A stretch of 64,000 bases of DNA, taken from sequence record MH383160.1. One strand, written 5' to 3'. Made by a program: the position numbers and the translations under genes. Each line of letters starts with the position of its first letter. The first letter of the stretch is position 1. Shown piece after piece: positions 60,842-64,000 of the stretch. The notes beneath the pieces are model-generated. The model searched no databases, was not told the DNA's origin, and saw only the letters and a list, made by a program, of their open reading frames with translations.

Positions 60842-61441
60842 ATGAGTCTTAATTCTTTTAACCGTAACTATGGTATGTCTAGCGTTGCTCGCGAATGGTG
60901 GGGTGGTAATAACGGTTTCGTTACCATCGTAATCGATCTACCAACTGATGTTGAACTAGGTACTACCAAAGTTACTTCTGACGGTTCTGATGTTCAAGCT
61001 GAAGCGTATCAAACTGCTCTAAGTAATGCTCAATATAACCTATTCATGGTTACCCAACTACTACAACAACGTGCAGTTCTAGTTACTACCTCTCTACTAG
61101 CTCTTGATTCAGAAGTTGTTATTCCTGCTGATTTCAAAAATGCTAATCCAAACGTAGTTGCGTTCGGCACTAGTGGTGCTGATGTAGCAGGTGGTGCTAA
61201 TTCTGTTGCATTGACTTTCATCTGTGAACGTCAAGACGTATTTAACAAGCAAGAAGTTCGTCCTGGTTCAGCATGTCCTGCTCCAGTTGATCCAACTGTT
61301 GACCTAGCTAAGTCTATCGCTCAAGCTAAAGTTTTCCGTACCAAAACTTTCGTAAGTCAAGGTACTGATGGTGTTGGTGATGCAGGTGCATCTACTGCTG
61401 TAGCAATTAAAGTACGTGCTGCTCTTCCTGTTCAACTATAA
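60842..61441 (+). CDS. abundant virion structural protein (paralogue A)
   Basis: AAGGAG RBS, strong high-expression codon bias; QQRAVLVTTS...TFICERQDVFNK. Confidence 0.75.
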   Translation: MSLNSFNRNYGMSSVAREWWGGNNGFVTIVIDLPTDVELGTTKVTSDGSDVQAEAYQTALSNAQYNLFMVTQLLQQRAVLVTTSLLALDSEVVIPADFKNANPNVVAFGTSGADVAGGANSVALTFICERQDVFNKQEVRPGSACPAPVDPTVDLAKSIAQAKVFRTKTFVSQGTDGVGDAGASTAVAIKVRAALPVQL

Positions 61442-61455
61442 TAGGAGGATAGATT

Positions 61456-62145
61456 ATGTCATATACTAATACTTCTTTTGAACGTATCAATGGTTATTCC
61501 TTTGAACGTATTCTAGGTTACTTTTGTGGCACTAACGCCCTAGCATCCATTGCTATCAGTAAGCTAGGAAACGTAAACGTTCTAGTTACTGGTGCAGTTT
61601 CTTCTTATGCTGGTCTACAACGTTTTCTAAACACTGATATTCCAGAAGAAATTCTAGCATATCTAAATGATAAAGGTATCAAACGTATTGATGGAACTGC
61701 ATTTGTTCTTGGCACACTAGAAGCTGATTACAATGCATCTTATGCAGCACAAACTAACGTTAAACGTATTGTCGATGTTGTTCAACAACGTGCGGTTATC
61801 ATCGCTACCTCTAACATCGCAGGTAATGGTCTTGAAGTATTTCCAGTTACTGGTTTCACCAACGCACCTGATGGTGTATTGAGTGCAGGTTCAGTTAGTA
61901 TTGCTGATGCTTCCGTTGTAACCTTCCTAGTTGAACGTGCTGGTGTCTTTAACAAAGATCTTAAATCACCACAAGGTGTACCAAGTACTGAATCCGAAGA
62001 AGGCCGTCTACTAATTGATGATCTAACTGGTGTTCCACTACTTGCTAAAGATGGTGTTACCGAAGTTTACCTACGTTCCCAATCTGCTGATGCAGCAGGT
62101 GATTTCGGTGTTAAACTTTTCCAATACATCCCAGCATTGGTTTAA
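61456..62145 (+). CDS. abundant virion structural protein (paralogue B)
   Basis: AGGAGG RBS, same codon bias; QQRAVIIATS...TFLVERAGVFNK. Confidence 0.75.
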   Translation: MSYTNTSFERINGYSFERILGYFCGTNALASIAISKLGNVNVLVTGAVSSYAGLQRFLNTDIPEEILAYLNDKGIKRIDGTAFVLGTLEADYNASYAAQTNVKRIVDVVQQRAVIIATSNIAGNGLEVFPVTGFTNAPDGVLSAGSVSIADASVVTFLVERAGVFNKDLKSPQGVPSTESEEGRLLIDDLTGVPLLAKDGVTEVYLRSQSADAAGDFGVKLFQYIPALV

Positions 62146-62158
62146 TATGTTTCAAAAG

Positions 62159-62184
62159 AAAAGGAGAGCATTTGCTCTCCTTTT
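62159..62184. terminator. bidirectional intrinsic terminator
   Basis: AAAAGGAGAGCA-TT-TGCTCTCCTTTT between convergent genes. Confidence 0.85.
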
Positions 62185-62192
62185 TTTATATG

Positions 62193-62918
62193 TTATCTAT
62201 ATGAACGAAATCCTTCAGGCAAACCAGGTAGCTTGTCTAATCCTTCGTTCGCACTCACCAGCTTTGTGTCGTAATCATCACTGAAATCATCCGTAGCAAG
62301 TTTACGCCCCAAGTCTCTCACAAAGTTATCGATAATTTCTTCTTCATCATTTCCTGGATGACCTTCAGCTTTCAACTTTTTCCAGAAATATTCATTATAG
62401 TCAAATACAAACTCAACTTCATTAGTTTCAGGATCAAGAACAACATCCAAATCAATCCAAGGTTCTTTACGAAGTGTGTATATTTCCTTAGAATATTCAC
62501 TTTGTGTGATTTCATCGTAACGATATGCAAATTCAATAGCCTTAAGCCTTTTTTCATCACCTTCTGGCATTAACTCAATGATTTCCATATCATATTCTTT
62601 TTCTGTAATAACTCCAATACTTAGTTTTGCATCAAGAACTTTAACATCATACTGTTCACGAGTAATTTTAGAATATTTTAGTTCAACATCAAGTACAGCA
62701 ATTAGATATTCCAAATCTCCAATTACGCTATATTTCTTTTTAATATCCAATTGGGCCACTTCAACTTCATATGGAGTTAGATATGTCAATTCAGCAACTT
62801 TCATATCAGCTTCATAATCATCATTGTAGTAGTATGCTTTAGCTATCTCTTTTGCCTTTCCAGAAAGTCCCCAGTGAGCAGGGACCATCCAAAATGGAAT
62901 AAATTTCTTTTTAGCCAT
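62193..62918 (-). CDS. conserved protein with short helical repeats
   Basis: PAHWGLSG motif; repeated ITxxEYD units; RKEPW. Confidence 0.7.
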   Translation of the reverse strand: MAKKKFIPFWMVPAHWGLSGKAKEIAKAYYYNDDYEADMKVAELTYLTPYEVEVAQLDIKKKYSVIGDLEYLIAVLDVELKYSKITREQYDVKVLDAKLSIGVITEKEYDMEIIELMPEGDEKRLKAIEFAYRYDEITQSEYSKEIYTLRKEPWIDLDVVLDPETNEVEFVFDYNEYFWKKLKAEGHPGNDEEEIIDNFVRDLGRKLATDDFSDDYDTKLVSANEGLDKLPGLPEGFRSYR

Positions 62919-63210
62919 TTTTCTTACCAAAAATCTCTTCGATTTTCATTACATAATATGTATCTTCGCCACCACCAAGATCTTCAGTCAGTGGTGTGTT
63001 CAAAGATGAACGACCAAACACAACCATATCACCTTCTTTAATATTATGTTCTGCAAGTTGTCCGTTCGGAAGAATTTTACCTGGACCAACGGAAATTACC
63101 ATCCCAATACATGGTGGTTCAACATTACCTAGAATAATACCACCAGTACTTTTATTCTGTGCTTCAATTTGTCGAACAAGAACGTAATCATTAATCATTT
63201 TAATTTTCAT
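62911..63210 (-). CDS. groES: co-chaperonin GroES-like (copy 2)
   Basis: MINDYVLV, KSTGGIIL, VISVGPG, IKEGDMVVFG, MKIEEI; GGAGG RBS at revised start. Confidence 0.9.
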   Translation of the reverse strand: MKIKMINDYVLVRQIEAQNKSTGGIILGNVEPPCIGMVISVGPGKILPNGQLAEHNIKEGDMVVFGRSSLNTPLTEDLGGGEDTYYVMKIEEIFGKKNG

Positions 63211-63211
63211 A

Positions 63212-63418
63212 TCAGTAACCTCCAGTATTTGCAAACCATTTTCCACGGAAATAAAGATTAGCACCCTTATCACCTGGAGTGAACACTTCCAACTTCATAG
63301 TTTTTTCACCATTACATTTAGGACAATCATGAGGTTCATCACGATTTGCAATTTTAACAATTTTTTCCATGCTATGTTTGCATTCTTCTTTTTCACAACG
63401 ATATGTATATAATGGCAT
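63212..63418 (-). CDS. FmdB-family zinc-ribbon protein
   Basis: MPLYTYRC...C...CPKC. Confidence 0.8.
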   Translation of the reverse strand: MPLYTYRCEKEECKHSMEKIVKIANRDEPHDCPKCNGEKTMKLEVFTPGDKGANLYFRGKWFANTGGY

Positions 63419-63482
63419 TTTGTATTCCTTTACTTTTTAAATCAAACTAATTTGGGGAACATAGTGTTCCCCGTTATTTATA

Positions 63483-64000
63483 TTAGCAGCCTGTTACGTA
63501 AAATTTGTATACAGCAATTCCAGTATCTAGAGTTACATTTAGCATACCAGTTTTGGTAATACCAAGTGATACGGATTCAGCATTAGATACGCGAGATAGT
63601 GCCTGAAGTACTCGGTCAATATTATATCCAAACCCAAGACCCAATTCACCTTCAGTTTTAGAAAAAGCTAGTGAACCAACGTGGTTGCTTTTGTTTTTCT
63701 CACCAACGTGAAAGTATAGGGTGTCACCTTCAGTATACGGAGTTACAAGAGAACTAAAAGATTTAAATACACCAGAAAAACTCTTTAGTTCCTGAACTTT
63801 TGCTGCACTAGGAATAACCTGTACGTCATATGGTTGTTCATGGAAACGTGGTTGAACTGGAATAAGTTTTTCAGCTTGTACCATAAATGTAGTGCTTGCG
63901 TCTTCAGATTTAAATGCCAGACTTTTAACTGAACCGTCTTTAACATTTGATGTGATTGTGGTTCCTTCAGTACTGTATGTTTTAAGAGACATTAGACCCT
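63483..64000 (-). CDS. 45: sliding clamp (gp45-like), 5' end outside window
   Basis: beta-rich C-terminal domain ending LNVTLDTGIAVYKFY; T4-like replisome context. Confidence 0.6.
   Translation of the reverse strand, partial: GLMSLKTYSTEGTTITSNVKDGSVKSLAFKSEDASTTFMVQAEKLIPVQPRFHEQPYDVQVIPSAAKVQELKSFSGVFKSFSSLVTPYTEGDTLYFHVGEKNKSNHVGSLAFSKTEGELGLGFGYNIDRVLQALSRVSNAESVSLGITKTGMLNVTLDTGIAVYKFYVTGC

Overview
AT-rich window from a lytic jumbo myophage with T4-like replication and packaging genes. Gene content and order resemble the RaK2/PBECO4/GAP32-type enterobacterial jumbo phages (inferred from protein motifs, no database search run). Almost all genes are on the minus strand. They include clamp loader, sliding clamp (cut by the window edge), type II topoisomerase, Dda, gp41 helicase, primase, UvsW/UvsX/UvsY, gp32 SSB, two RNase H types, DHFR, NrdAB, terminase large subunit, virion proteins and host-like genes (IF3, ClpS, two GroES, YggL-like, TelA/LemA/TPM). 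Three promoter classes can be read from the sequence: sigma70 early, a YGRGAC-N17-TATAAT middle class and TAAATA late. Most notable observations: (1) two tandem T4 gpT-like holin genes, each full-length only after a +1 frameshift that can be placed at a rare CGG-A codon; (2) an unannotated 55-aa Hfq/Sm-like gene, plus a candidate late small RNA with anti-Shine-Dalgarno tracts; (3) about 5-fold over-representation of the palindrome AGTACT; (4) a miniature DnaE-type polymerase split into two complementary genes 30 kb apart; (5) a catalytically dead copy of the terminase ATPase domain directly upstream of terL. No tRNA, CRISPR array, intron, intein or mobile element was recognised.
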